60,000 bases of DNA from Laetmonice hystrix. Taxonomy: Eukaryota. Where the stretch lies: the NCBI GenBank assembly GCA_965235115.1, contig OZ249436.1, positions 27,530,001-27,590,000 on the forward strand, written 5' to 3'. Position 1 is the first letter of the stretch. Every line of letters starts with the position of its first letter. Below are positions 27,986 through 41,951 of the stretch, piece after piece. Below the pieces are notes generated by a model. The model searched no databases. It had not been told where the DNA came from and worked only from the letters and a program-made list of their open reading frames with translations. Both the position numbers and the translations under genes were made by a program.

Positions 27986-30650
27986 CATGATGAAAACACC
28001 TCTTTGCGTGCAGGGTATAGAAGAAATATAACGTTCCAACAGAACATGGTTTCGTCTGCCGGTAATTGAATAAAGACCGTAACATGTGCAGAAATTAGGC
28101 AAGCCATGGATGTCACTCACGAGGAGAGGACGTTCAAAATAACTATAAAAGGTTTCAGGTCGAGCGTTCAGGGAACGACTTCACTCTTTACGTGATGTCT
28201 ATTAAACTGGTGCTGGTGAAAAGTCTGGCATCATGACGAAGAAATAAATAATAATATTCCCATGATACCAATAAGATTTGTTATTTTGCTCTCCTCGATT
28301 GACAGATTACCGATTTTTTTCTGTGAATAATTCCGTGTTTCTTGTCAATTTTGTTAGCTGCGCATAAGTAAAACATGGAACTGAACACGGCTGTACTCTA
28401 AATCTAAGTCACTACATTATACCGCCAGTTGTAAGAACCGGCTACGGCCGAGCGTGGCATGCCAAAGCCCATATTCAAGCCCATCTTGTATTTCCTTGAG
28501 AAAATAACCTTCCCCTGACAACAGCGCAAGAAGCATTATCAGGAACGGCCAATGAGGCACTTTTGTATTAGTATTGGATTCGGCAGTCCATTTCTGCTTG
28601 TCGTGCAGCACCACTACCGATAGATTACTTGGGGGGGGGGGGGGGGGGGCTGAGAGAGGCGGCGTCGGCTGGGGGCCATGTCGGCCGGTGCATGCAGGCC
28701 GGCTGGCGGCGGCCAAACTGTTTCTTCCCCCTGTTCCCCCACCGGCGCCACCCGACAGAGGACCTTTGCCAAAGGGGACCGCTGGGACACTGCAGCCGGG
28801 GTGCTCGGGTACCGTTCCCGCGTCGTCTGTGTATTCAAGGACAGGCTCAACAAATTGCCTGCCAACCTCACGACCGGAGCCGTTGACGGCAACGACGTAG
28901 CGACCACACCTGAACCTGAAACGACGACTACACACCCCAGAGATGCTTCATGGCTTTCCGTGCGTTTGGAAGGTCATGGTACACAATACCGCCCTTCCTT
29001 GCACTGCCGGGGTGGGGGGTTGGGGGGGGGGGGCGAGCGGGGCGGATTGGCAGATAGATAGTAGGGGCAATAAAGTGTTGCTTTTAGGTGATGGATTGCT
29101 TTATTTGATTCGCCATCGCGTCGCTGGCTCGTACTGCAGGCGACATGGATGCGTCTCTTGGTGCACGATATATGAATTGAAATATTACAGTGGTGAGCGC
29201 AGACTCGGTTATCACATGCTTTATCCACTTTCAGACAGATGAGTGGCATCAATACAATGAATGTACACCCCCTCACGAAATGAACGTTCCATCCCAGTGG
29301 GCATTGATTGAGATCATGCCCAACAGTACCTATTCAAAACAAATGTTACATGAACGCTAATGGCTCTCGGAATTCCTTTTTGGAAATAAGAAAAGACGCT
29401 CTGACAGTGCAGAAATGGGCGGGGGTTTCATCGATTAACCTTAGGGAATCTCGTGTATAGTCAGGATAAGACGATTGTATTGTATACACTTTAACTATAC
29501 TTTTGTCCATATGAAAAAAAATCGTCACTGTGAGCATTGCCGACTAAACGCGAACGTGGGCAATTAGAAGCAGCTATAGCACAGGTCAACTACCAACCAC
29601 ATCACACTCCAGTCGGTAAAGCTTTCTTTGATGGTTGACGCGTGTCGTGTTCGGTCCTCTAATAGAAGGCCCCTGGGGCAGCAAACATCTATACACACCA
29701 GCTGTAGTGAAACGTCGTCCACCCTCTCAAGATATTTCCAAAAGGAACATCTTCTCTAATCTATATGGGTATATAATCCAACGTATGTACCACCAAGTGC
29801 CCGTTTTGAAAGTCTTATGTCATCACTATTCTTGAACGAGCCCTTGCTGATGATATTTGGCTGGGTCTGAGCTCATTATGCTTTCATATGAGTTAACGCC
29901 GGGAATGGGCCCTGGGGCGTTTACTAGTGTCCCTTGTTCAGACGCCCAGCTACGATCAAAGGTCAGTGTGTATCTCTGCTAGACAGCAGATGGTATATGG
30001 TATAATGACACGCGTGTCAAATTACACTCGCGGCGACGAGGCGCTATCCACCCGACCGACGTATTGAAGGGCAATACCAGGTGAACCTAATGATAGAAAC
30101 GGGAGGAAATGCTAATATATCATAGGCGATCTAGGAGAAAAGGCAGCCCGACTGGTGGCGATGGTGGTCGTCTATTGGCTGAGGTATTTTTTTTCTGTTC
30201 AAGTGTGAGAACTCGTGTACTCTGGCTTGTTCTTGTCCACCGTGATCTGACAGCAAGGCGCGGGATGTTGGGAAGAAATGGTGCTCGTGGCAACCGTTTG
30301 AAAAATGGAGATCAGATTTTTTTTTAGATATATTCAGGGAATCCAGCAGTTGCGTGCATTTATCTTATACGCAATGAACCTTAGTGGGGCTCCCTTACAG
30401 CCTAACCCAGTTGGTGCTGAGCCTTGTGCCTTTTATGGCAACAGGCCATCTTCACTGCACAACGCTAGAAGCTAAGATTCTGTCTCAGAAGGTGGGGTCA
30501 ACAAGAGATCCCCGACGTCATATCCACTCCAGTAATGTAGGCCAATATACCACCAATGACTTAAAAAAGTATGGAGGAGGACGCCTTCTTGGAAAGGTTT
30601 AGTAAAAAGTATAGGCCTAGGAAGGAAGCCTTCTTTTGGTGACATCTTAA

Positions 30651-30990
30651 AGGTGCTATTCGTTTCGCACAGAATGGCATTTCTCCTATCATACATTGTG
30701 CACATAGTACTAGAAAAAATTCCTACCGATACCATTGGCCTGATAAACATTCTATTAGTCTGTGAGCAGCATTTGAAACCTATCTCGGTGCGCACCGAGA
30801 TAGAGCCATTTCCTATGGTGGGGCGTGTCAGGGGCTCCACAGGCCTTCTGAGAGAGCCCCATTTGTGCCGTTATCCATGAAAAATTTTGATTTCCTTTGT
30901 TGTGAATCTATTTCCATGACAGGTGGGATCACATAAACGTCAACAAAATAAAAAATAAAAAAATTGAACTTTTTTTCACGAATAGCACCT
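30651..30990. mobile_element. Kolobok-type non-autonomous DNA transposon (MITE), 340 bp
   Basis: TTAA | AGGTGCTATTCGT ... ACGAATAGCACCT | TTAA. Perfect 13-bp TIR starting with purines (AG) and a TTAA TSD. No ORF. Confidence 0.85.
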
Positions 30991-32289
30991 TTAACATGTA
31001 CTTCTGGATACCATCGGCATGTAAATTGCCGAGTACTGGAACAGGTTGGAGAAAAAAAAAACCAACCTAAACGTCGTATTTTGAACATTCTTTGACCATC
31101 TAAGTCAAAGTAATCAAGGTTCTTGGTGGGCGGGCTAATCCAGTCACTGTTAAATCGGGAGATTGCATGCATGTGCTATATTTACCGTTCGCAAGCCTGT
31201 AATCTGCACACGTATAGGGCAAGGAGAAGAGAGGGCGAGCCGAAAGGAAGGGGAGAACGGTTGGATGTGAACCAACACACTCGTTCCTTGTATTGGCCCA
31301 CAGGTTTAGTTACGACCTGGTCAGGCATGTGACCTTCTTTCATTGCCTCATTCACACTCAACCGCCGTCTTCATCAATAAGACTCTGACAACAGCGCTAA
31401 CTCTTCTACATCTGCCTGCCCTTTGTAAAACGTTACATAACTCTTAAGGACCTTCAAGCAAAATCAGCACGTATTGAATTAAAAAAGCGTATTCAATGCG
31501 CTCGCAGCGACCACATCCGTTGAGACTTTATTACCAGAATGGGCTTTCTTCGCCGTGTTGGTTAACAGGTGCACTTGAAGACTGCATAACATATACCTTT
31601 GTGTGACTAGGTGGTGTTGATACATTCCTTTACACTTCAAGTTCAGTGTTCTGTGAACGTCAGTACTCGCTGTGCAGACTGATACGCCCCCCCCCCTGAC
31701 CAGATAGAACCCGACCCCAAGACATAGAGATGTCTATCTCTCACCAGACGGGTGCGACATTTTGTGCGGCCCTCATAGATTGACATCTCCACTGTGACCA
31801 TGTCGGCGGCGTGAATATATGCTTCGGTTCGCATGGCTGCAATACAAAGGACGAGAAACACGCTCAGACGTTTTATACAGGTACACCGTATCGTCTTGTC
31901 GCCGTACGACAAGGCGGAATCTAGCACATGAAATTATTCCATTTAGATTTCTTCACGCTCAGTTAAACAGAGCTCATTGATAGAGCTGACGATTATTATG
32001 ACAAGGACAGACTGTGAAGAGTAACACGCCGATGTCATCAACCCTGCTCTCGGGGTCGGCTCCGGTGTCGGTATGATTTCTATAATGGACGAGCAAAGTG
32101 AGGACTCAAAGAGCGACTTCTCAAGAGTGCGATGTCAATTTATGCACCGGCAGTTATTTATTTAAACGTGCTGCTTTTGGTCGTCAACAAACACGGTAGT
32201 GCTATGCGTATATTAGTTGTGCGCTATATTACAGTGGGGTTGGACTTTGCATGTTATAACAGGGAGGCTATTATATAGGTATACACCAG

Positions 32290-35100
32290 CGTCTTGTAAA
32301 TCAGGCTAATAACCTGTCAGCGAAACCACTAAGAGTATTGTCATAGTTAGCACTGTGTTGATGTCAGATGTGATATTATAGCAGACTGTTGTAGAGGTGA
32401 CTAGATCGAGCCTCGTCTAGTCTAACAATCACATAGACCTAGACCGAACTGGTCGTAAACCTGCACACGGTCCGAGTATGGTAGACACAAGATGGTTGAT
32501 ATCTCTGCCAAACCGTTCAAGTACGAGGTCGAGCAGTTGATTAATCTCCCTATTAAATGCTAAATTACTATGGGAAAACCATGCTCAATTAAATTAACTG
32601 CACTGTAAAAAATATTCGTAAAATAACAGACAAAATTTACTATTAAATTTGGTGTAAACTTCTTTTACAGTAGAATTATCTGTTAAGTAATACAGTACTT
32701 TTTACAGTAAAAATCATTTACCAATATAGTTACTATAAAATTACAAGTGTTTGTGTTAAATTTACGTTTTTTCCATATTTCTTTATGACACAATGGTAAA
32801 ATGTAGTAAATTCCGTAATATTACTTAAAACCGTGAAAAAAAACTGAGAAAATGGTTAATAAAAATTACAGAATACTGTTATTACCAAATTTTCACAGAG
32901 GAACTTTGTTAAAATAACACATAATAATAGCTGTGTAATGTAAGCCCTCTATTTACACATTTTATTATGGTAAATTTATAGAAAAAAATATTTTATTATA
33001 CATTTCTGATGATAGGAATTTACAAAAAAAACTGGCATTAGGCCTACTTCCCAGTTTTTACAGAAAAAGTTTGTAAAAAAATGTAGAATATCACTAAATA
33101 TACAAAATAATGAAAAAAATGGCCTAATTGCAACGTAAACACATAAAAAATTGGCCCTTTGTTTAACTTAAATACATAAAGTACCCGTGTGCACTGTTAA
33201 GAAAATGGAAATTTGCAAGATATAAAACTGTAAAAGGAACAGCGCATGCTCCTGTTATTGGAAATTACTGCCAATGTTACTGTAGTTTGACAGCTACTGT
33301 TGCTGTATTCGATCTGTACAATAAACGAACTGTAAATTTACAGGACGTAAGACGTTACTGGATAACCAGCACAGTGGTCACGTGATGACTATCACCTGCC
33401 CTTTTTATTGTCTATACCCCGAAGTGTCCTATACCTGTGATAGTCGGTTAATGCAACCGTGGCCATAAATTAACAATAATATGAATACACTCTTTGTGAT
33501 GGTAAGTAGAGTGGAATGTCAAACAGGGGCCTAATTATGAAGTGGGATTTGTTAATATTTCTCATAAAACACCATCTTTGGACGCTAGAGAACATAATAT
33601 TAACTCCTTTGTAAAAGCAGACTATATTATAATGCGGAGTAGCCTCTTAGGTTGCAGACGTTTGAGTTTCCCTTGAATGGACCTTGAATGAAATTATCAA
33701 TCAGGCCATACGTAGGCCTACATGTATTTAAACTAAAAAGCCAGATTTTTGTTTCTCGTTTATCATCGACGATTTTTTAAACAGTATTTACCGTAAAAAT
33801 ACAGTAAATATTCTTTATAGTAATTTTGTAATTTTACAAACGTAGCGTTTATAAACTGGATTCGGTATAATTACATTACTGTATTTCAGTTATAATGAAT
33901 AATTTGCGTTTGTTATTTTACAAACGTTGCGTTTAAAAACTGGATTCTGTATAAATGCATTACAATTTATCTGTCGTTTAACAGATCTGTAAAATTACTG
34001 TTAATATAACTGGCAGCTGAGCTGCCAGTTAAATTAACTGTAAAATTACAGAGAATTTTTTTACAGTGTGAAATCAGATAAAGAAGGAGACTGTAAATAT
34101 TCGGAGGGGGAATTCTTTTGCGAATTCCTTAGCGATAAAGAACGCTAAATGTTGGCCAGATAGCGCCGTGGCTCGCAGTAGTGAGATGACGGGAAGAGAA
34201 AGACAGTCATTCCAATTGGGCGTCTATCTGTTGCCCAACCTTCTGCATAGCAGTCACATTAGCGTCTGGAAGCCAGTCGATTACCCTAGTAGCATGGCTG
34301 TTAGGTTGCCATCAATGCCGTCAAATCCCAACCGAGGCCGCATCAAAATGGCGGCTCTTCATGTGTACGAGGGAGCTCATGAAATTCCCCGCGTTTGCAA
34401 ATGCCCCGCAGACATGGAGTGCCTGCATGGCCTGCACCCGATGGCGCAGGCTGGCCATATCTTGAATTATTACCAGTATAGATGGAGAGTTCTCGGTCTC
34501 CTCCTCCAAGTGCTGCTTAGCGAGCCTTCAAAATGTAATCAAATAACACATCCTGTTATTTCGTGCGTGTTTTTGTGTTTGAAACGCCTTGCTGCCACAA
34601 ACAGAGGTTTATAACTATATCACGTCCCATCGGTGTATATAATGGAGTAGCACAACCACATAATAGTCAGGTATCATATGATATGCATTCCTGTCACTCT
34701 CTGATGGGTCATGCCGACTGTATAAGAGAATCTAAAGCTACTAACAAGCCCATTACGTCTCACTCGAGGCCAGCGTCGGGAGATGCAGATCGGATAAAGG
34801 TCGCTCTTCGCCCTAAGAAAAATACGCACGAAACCAAATGGCTGCCTGCAGAGGCTTCCTGGTGAAAGTAGATAATTATGAAACGCTCAGCTTTTAGAGA
34901 ACCGGCAGTTGCGATCAAAATATGAAACGCAGATGGAATTTGCAGCAACAATCTCCTTTACGAGTCGTCAACCTGCAGCGATTTCTAGTCCTTCAATTGA
35001 CGTGAAGACATACGTTTTCGTTTGTGGCCAAGTGGTCTTTCCTGCAGTGGTTGGGTTAAGATAAGCCATGTTGAAGGCGTTCCCTGACAAGTAGTCAAAT
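32290..35100 (-). mobile_element. Very decayed DIRS/Ngaro-like tyrosine-recombinase retrotransposon remnant (RT end, RNase H, YR N-terminus), split by the EnSpm element
   Basis: Minus-strand fragments in the expected order: GKTTWPQTKTYVFTSIE (compare KT.GP.T...FLGIE), TFIRSASPDAGL (compare FTDAS...G.G), IQSA*P..E* (compare FQG.WP.EW), PLFVAARRF...GCVI*LH, SPSI...ALHVCGAFANAGNFMSSL (compare A.HIPG..N..AD.LSR), then QIDAQLE*LS...GAIWPTF...PPPNIYSLLLYL. Beyond the insertion: LIEHGF...HLVSTILGPCAGLRP. Many stops and frameshifts. Confidence 0.5.
32601..34068. mobile_element. CACTA/EnSpm-type non-autonomous DNA transposon, 1468 bp, AT-rich
   Basis: TG | CACTGTAAAAAA ... TTTTTTACAGTG | TG. CACTG termini, 12-bp perfect TIR and 2-bp TSD as in animal EnSpm. 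Many subterminal CTGTAAA/TTTACAG motifs, an internal duplication at about 33833/33918, and no ORF in the track. Confidence 0.85.
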
Positions 35101-38100
35101 GGTTTGGTGCGGAGCTACTCTGGAGACTTGCCGGTCTCTGCTAAAGGCCGGTAGACTGTCATTACAGCCGCCTCGTCGGGCACGCAACGTTCGACAGGCA
35201 ACCCGGTAATGAGAACTTCTCGTCCTGAAATACATCAATTTTCCTGAATTATTCATAAATCCCCGGCCCCGTCCCACTGGCTTTGCGTAGAGAGACAAAC
35301 GACGAAGCGGCATTAGACGGCTGGGGACTGTTTTGGATGGATCGCCTAGCGTGTTTAATGTGACCGTCTGTCCCTGTCTGACTGCAAGTAGTTTCTTCGC
35401 GCTGCCCTCTCTCATTGTCGAGTTCAGAGAGAGGTATGGACGCCTGCATTAGCAGTCGGCCATATCGACAGAACGTTCTCGCATTCGTTTTAGCCAGTCC
35501 GCCTGTGTGTCACATTGCCATACAATCAGACGCTTTTGATTTGGCATGCCAATTTGAGAACACGGGTCCATTGGTCAACTGGGGTTTGTGCAAGATAATT
35601 GGAAGTCGGTGCTCTCTTCCCTCTCGAGCGCCAAAGATTTCAATAGCACTCATTCTCTAGCAGTCTTGTGATTGGCTATCTTGGTTGCACAGGAACTTGG
35701 TGACCAGTCGTTACCATTTGAGAGGCTCGGGCGAACGCCTAGTGAGTTGAGGTTTGACTGCGAATTCGGGAACGATAATGTCTCCTTTAAAGCCCACCAA
35801 TCTTCTTTTATTTCGGGCTGCATGGTGTGGCGTGGGGTGGGCATTCTAGACGAGGCTTGCTGGAGGTCAGGTCGGTCGTCTCGGTGCTGCAGCTGCTCAT
35901 CTGCTGCGAGACTATGGGATTGATTAGTGCTGAATTTATATACGGTGCACATTCTATATCTTAGGTTATATTATTTCCTAGCTGCTGTGAATCAATGTCC
36001 CTAAATGAATACAGCAATAATACACCAAGAGGGAAATAATTTGACGCTGTATTTTTTCGGGGCAGAGTGCACCTCATATTAGCGAGTGACCACCTTTTCC
36101 GACGACATATATATGGGTTCAGGTCCAGCATTCACCGTTTGGACGACCTGCGAACCTTCCCACTTTATTATTGAAAGGCGATGTGCAAGGCCGACGTTTC
36201 AGATTACTCACATCTGATACATTTTGATTAGTACTCCTCGCTTTAATTTAACCTCATGCAGTAAAAACCAATCTTACCGTTGTCTTATCATGTAGCCACT
36301 GATATGAACAATTATTGTCCCTAACCGGTTTAAATTTCACTCATCTCTTGTCGTACATCAGTTAATGACATCCATTGTTCATTCGATCAGAAATTAGACC
36401 CGTCTTTGGAGGAAACTGGTGTCTAGTTTTGCTGGGGTCTTTTGGGGGTCTGAACACATTCGGAGCCATCTAGAAAAGTACCCATTGGATGAAACTGGTC
36501 TGTGACAGAGAGAGATTTTGGGTTGGGAGCGGGGGAGTTTTGGGGAGTTGAGCACGTCTGCTCCCAAGCACTCTAGAAAAACACCATTTATATTCACCCC
36601 ATCTGAATCCACGGACAAGTCGCGTGACGGAAAGGTCATGACAGATCAACACAGGTCCACTTGACCTAGATATAAAAAAGAGCAGACGGTAGTTTATGGA
36701 ACTTGTCCCGGATGCATCTCATTAACGGGTCAGCCAATGACCTCCTGCTAATGTTGTAGATATAGAACATCTGGGACACTTCTTGAAATTACGAGTACAT
36801 TGACCAACCGTTGGCGCGTTGTTTCAAAAAGAGCACTTTAAAAAATAGAAGGGGGCAACATTCAATGATATTGGCACGGTTAAATATAACCACGTTCTCT
36901 CTATTCTGCTTCTACACAGAATGTGCGGCCATGACTGACCCAGTTGTACATGAATACAGTGGAGGACAGCGGAGGCGGTGAAGGGGGAGGAAGCTTGGTG
37001 TATTTAATACCTTCTGGTTATGTGGCTATACACGTTGAGGCCTGCACTATCCCTTCTTGCATATATTTTGTTACGACACGTGGTATATAGGTACACTGTG
37101 AGACCTGCGGACATGCCAACTGGTCTTTGTATGCCCACCATTTTCTCTCGACCTAGACGTGTGACCGTGTAACACAGGGCTGTAACACGAGAGGAACCAC
37201 TACAGACAGCTCCCTGAGACCCGAGAGGGCCGCATGTGTCGGTAAAGAGTTCAAGCAGGTCTGACTAGCCCATTCACGACATGAGCTGACCTCTGAGTAG
37301 CTCCCTCATCAAGTCGCTATCCCTGCGATGAAACGTTGGCACACGCTGGCGCAGCCGGTGCACCAAACGGGTCAGACGGAATCCATGAGAAGGTTATGAA
37401 TTAAATAACCCTGTCCAATTAGATAGGGTAACCAGCAAAGGGGCTATTTGTTTTGCTACAACGTGTCCAGAAACCAGCCAAGTTCACCCAAGCTGACAGA
37501 CGAGCCTTTCAGACTGATTTCTGCCGCGGTCACATCCTCTTGCATCTAGCCGTCTGGTTTGCTTACTTTACATGCTTCAGTACCAGAGCGACTATCTCCA
37601 TGCCGCATGCATTCACCCCCATCTGGAATGCCATCCACGATGGCCCGGGTGCAGCCCCAAAGCTCCCCCTGCGTGAAGCACAGTAAACCAACGGCTGAGC
37701 CGCCTTCGGTGCCCTTGGCCCGACTATCCAATATTTTCCATTCCATCAGCAGACAGTACAGTACCGCAGTGGCTATAGATACCGAAGCTCCACTCGTAAC
37801 CCCTAAGTCTGGTCCTGAATTGCAACCAGTGGCATGGTCCCAGCTAAACCTAGTCAATATTGAGTGGCAAACGCATTTAGTCGACCGAGGATGGACGTAC
37901 GTCGACCAGTCTTAACAGGCTAATAGGCTTACCGAGATTGAGGCTTCCCCAACCCTACCCGAAGCCGACACTGCCCCCTCAAGTCTCTAATTAAAACGCC
38001 AATGTTCGCCGGGAGCTGGTTATGTGCCAACGGACTGGGGACATTTCACGTAAGCCAGACCTAAAATAAACTTACCCGCTCCACCCCCCATCTTAAGCTC

Positions 38101-41100
38101 GTTGAACAAACCAGCCATCAAAAATTGAAGTGTCACTTTGGAGTGCGCCTATTGCAGATCCTGCATTGATCACAAAGCCACACCACTAACGGAAAGGTCT
38201 GTTTTAATTACAGATAATTGAATGAATAACCGGATACCCATTGCGATAAAATGACGCGGGTAGTCATACTAGTCCTTCGCTCATAAGCTGGCATCCGAGA
38301 GACGAGACATAAAACAAACGACTTGGTCATGAATATTTATAGTGCTGCGATACCCGGGTCAGTGGGTTTTGTCCTCGAGGCCAAGGACTAGAAGCTATTC
38401 GGTGTCAGCAGAGAGTCCCACGTCATCATGGGCCGCCCGTAACCCTTGCAATGAAAGCGTTTGGTTGTCAGGATTAGTCTTCAGCTATCCCGGAATGGCC
38501 AACTAACACACAATATCTGAGCAAGCTGAAATAGTACAGCCATCAAGAAGCTCTACTGCTATCAGTCGGACCCGTATTCTATATCGTCTCTCTGTGTAGT
38601 CGAACAAAGACTCCTCAAGCGCCCGTTAATTCGTCCACACTGACAGTCGCTTTGTCAAGCTGTGCTCAACTTATACTCTACGGCTGTTCTCTCACTCGAT
38701 GACCAAGAAAGTATGGCACTGCGTCTTTAATGATGAATTATTTTATGATAATATAATGCATTACAGATTTTGGCAGAAAGGTTCCTTCTTGTGTCCTGAC
38801 AAAAACAGCACGAGTTGATGGCAGATATAAATAGGAATTTGGGGTTATGACATCGGATTTCGGTCAACTCCATTGAATACTACTGTGTCAAGCCGCGAGT
38901 TGACCGAGGCCAGAGAACCTAGGCCAGATGACCGTCAGTAGTCGTAGGCCTAGCATGTCAATGAGACGGAATCAGCATTAGAACTCATGTTCCTGGAACA
39001 TTTATCAGGGGTATGGAGTGGTAGCACGCTGTTAAGGTCGAGTTTCTGTCAGGGGAAACCGTGCTGAGGCGGAGAACATGAGCGCATCCGGCCAATCGTG
39101 GGAGGGAGGTGGAAAGGGGAAAGGCTTCAGCCTATTTACATGGGCCTGACTCGTTCGTTTGCTAGAACTCCGTGCATTGGTCGCAAATATAAGCAAACCC
39201 AGGCATGTTTGTGCCGCAGTCCGATCACATCTGCCGGGTGTAATGGTGTGTGTGTAAGCCCGGTGCTGTGGGTGTGAATAGATTGCTGCGACGTGGCATG
39301 CCGTTCGAAGTGCAGCCTTCAGAGAACGGTAGACCGGCGCCATATTGGTTTCGGGCGAGTCAACCATTAGCTTTCAAGCGCCTGGTGCCCGGCATGATTC
39401 CAGCACAGAATGCGGACAGCATCTGATGATACTGACGGACATGAAGACTCACTATGGGATTGGAATGTAACGAAATGCAAATAGGATGGACACGTTTCAA
39501 AGGCCCCCATCGAACTATAACTTTCATATGCAGAACCGTTTTGTCCTTCTGTATTGACTACAGGGGCTCCTATAGCCCGTGGCCTTGGCTATAATTATTG
39601 GTAGCAGGCCCGTCACGATATTACTAACAAGAGAGCGGCCCTAATACCAGTGTGTGTACACATTGGGTTACCCCTGATGCCCGTGCATTTCAAAAGAAAA
39701 ATACAGTCTTCACGATATGGTATCAAGGCACTCGGTCTTTAATTCACCTATAGAAGCCGACCTTGGCGCGCTGCGGGCCAGAATGTCTGTGAACACGAAA
39801 AACAGTCATATATCAGTCAGCAAAGGAAAACTATGCAATTAGAAATAGGTGGTGGCCTAATCTATACGTACAGAAGAACACTAAATAAGTAGGTGGATGC
39901 CATTTGCTTTATGGATTACTAGGGTCAAGGTTGTCAGTTAGAATAATGAGCTCGTCGCCCACGGATACCGACAGAAAATTAAATTACATTGGAAGTCTAT
40001 TGACTTTCCCTCCCGAGAGCGGGAGTGCGTTGGGAGATATTATATACAATAAATAAATAAACAAACAGGGGGGTGATCACGTATACTATTCTACCTTGAC
40101 CTCATAGGATTTGGCCAAATATACGTCCTACTTCGCGGCTATTAGCGAAACATGTGACCATATTTCAACTGACATGGGAACGCGTATGGCGCACGCAAAC
40201 AAAGGTACATACGAAACGACAATGATGTATTCAGTCGGCAGACGACAATACAAACCACGTGGTCTCGTTAATGCTCCCCCGGGAGGTCGTATGGTCCACG
40301 ACAAATATTGGGCTGAGCTGAATGTTTTGGCTTCCATTATATTCACGTTTCGTCGATGTAGGCAGACCTCGTGGTTAAACAATAGCCCAAGGCCAAGCTA
40401 TAAGCTTCAAATTACCACCAAACTTATCTTTATTATACAACCAAGAAATAGAACACATGCATGCAACACTTCCGTCTCTAACACGTCGCCATATTCCATG
40501 TGATGCAGGCTCAGAATATCTACAATAAAATATTGTTGAGTCCGATGCTGCTAATAGTAAAAGTTATGAAAAACGAAGCGATCAGAATTGAAAAAAACCT
40601 TATTAACTGAATGAAATATACAAAACGGTAACAATTAGAATATAAAACGAATAGTCATTAGAACATAAAACGAACGGTCATTAATACCATTACAACATTA
40701 CATATCAATCATTGTATGTGACTTAGCATATAAAGAGCCCTTTGCCATGTATGAATGGGGAAAGAGTAGGAGATACCCCCTGGTTTGTTTATTTCTCACG
40801 TCATTCTCATCTGTGACTATAATGGAAACTAAGGTAAATACTATTCCTGCCCTGAGTATGGCTGATAGAAATGGCGTCAATTATTCGCTCACCAATTAAG
40901 ACTTTCGTGTGGGGCGTATTGTGTTGATATCTAGACTAATCTGAAATGTAAAATGTGCGATATAGAAGTGAATCAAATAAAATGAAAGATGGAAAAAAGA
41001 CGTCCGGCGTTTCACATATTATTTCAACGAATTGACAGAAACGCTTAATGTGGGACAGTCTCTTCAGCACACCCGGAACAATGCCCGTTTATCAATATTG

Positions 41101-41905
41101 ACTTCTACACAGGTCAGATTGTAATCACATTCGATTCGTTTAACTTTTTGTAATCTTTGCAATGTCCAACGCTTAGATCGAGTGAAATATTTTTATCAGC
41201 AATTCTGAGCTCGAGATAACTAAATGTAGTACGTTAATACGCCTAACCAGATCACCAAAACGTCATGCACCTTTAGATATACGCCCAGTATGAAGGCCTG
41301 CCAGTATAGTTAGAGTCTTAAAGCTGTATTTTCACTGAGAATCTGAGTGTTGAATTCCATCCACAACATAATGTGAATTACCGATGGCTACGCTTCTAGC
41401 CTAAGGCCTAGCAATAATTGGAATAGCTGTTCTAAGAAGATTGGATGATTTCTGGGCTATATGTATATCCTACATTATATCTCAAGATTATATTGAAGAC
41501 TTCGAAGATTTCATGCAATGAATTGCAGTTAATCGAACACCTCTCCCTAATATCAATGTTTTCAATGGCCAAACGGAGGGTCTACTGTTTCACGGCCGAT
41601 GTTGGATTTGGCGCATTCAGTGGTTTGCATTCATGGCTGTAAATATAGGCCATGCAGGCAGTCTGGCCTTCTGCCACGGGCAAGCCGCACTCAGGCAGGC
41701 CCTGCCGTTGTGTTATACAAGGAGGGCATTATTGACATTTTCATAAGCTAGCGCCTATTGAATTCGGTTCGCTCTATACCTAAATTGAGTACCCACTGGA
41801 TTTCCTTTAAACACAATTTGCCAGCACCATGACTCTCTGCGACAGCTGCTATATTTATTTACGCACAGTCACAAAGGGGCTAGCTTCGATAATGGCCTCT
41901 CTGTC

Positions 41906-41951
41906 AGCCAATCAGAGCGTGAATTTCAACAAACTAGCTTGCTGATTGGCC
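41906..41951. promoter_or_regulatory. Pair of oppositely oriented CCAAT (NF-Y-like) boxes
   Basis: AGCCAATCAG at 41906 and CTGATTGGC at 41942, just upstream of the footprint-dense, CpG-containing region. Could instead belong to a repeat. Confidence 0.25.
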
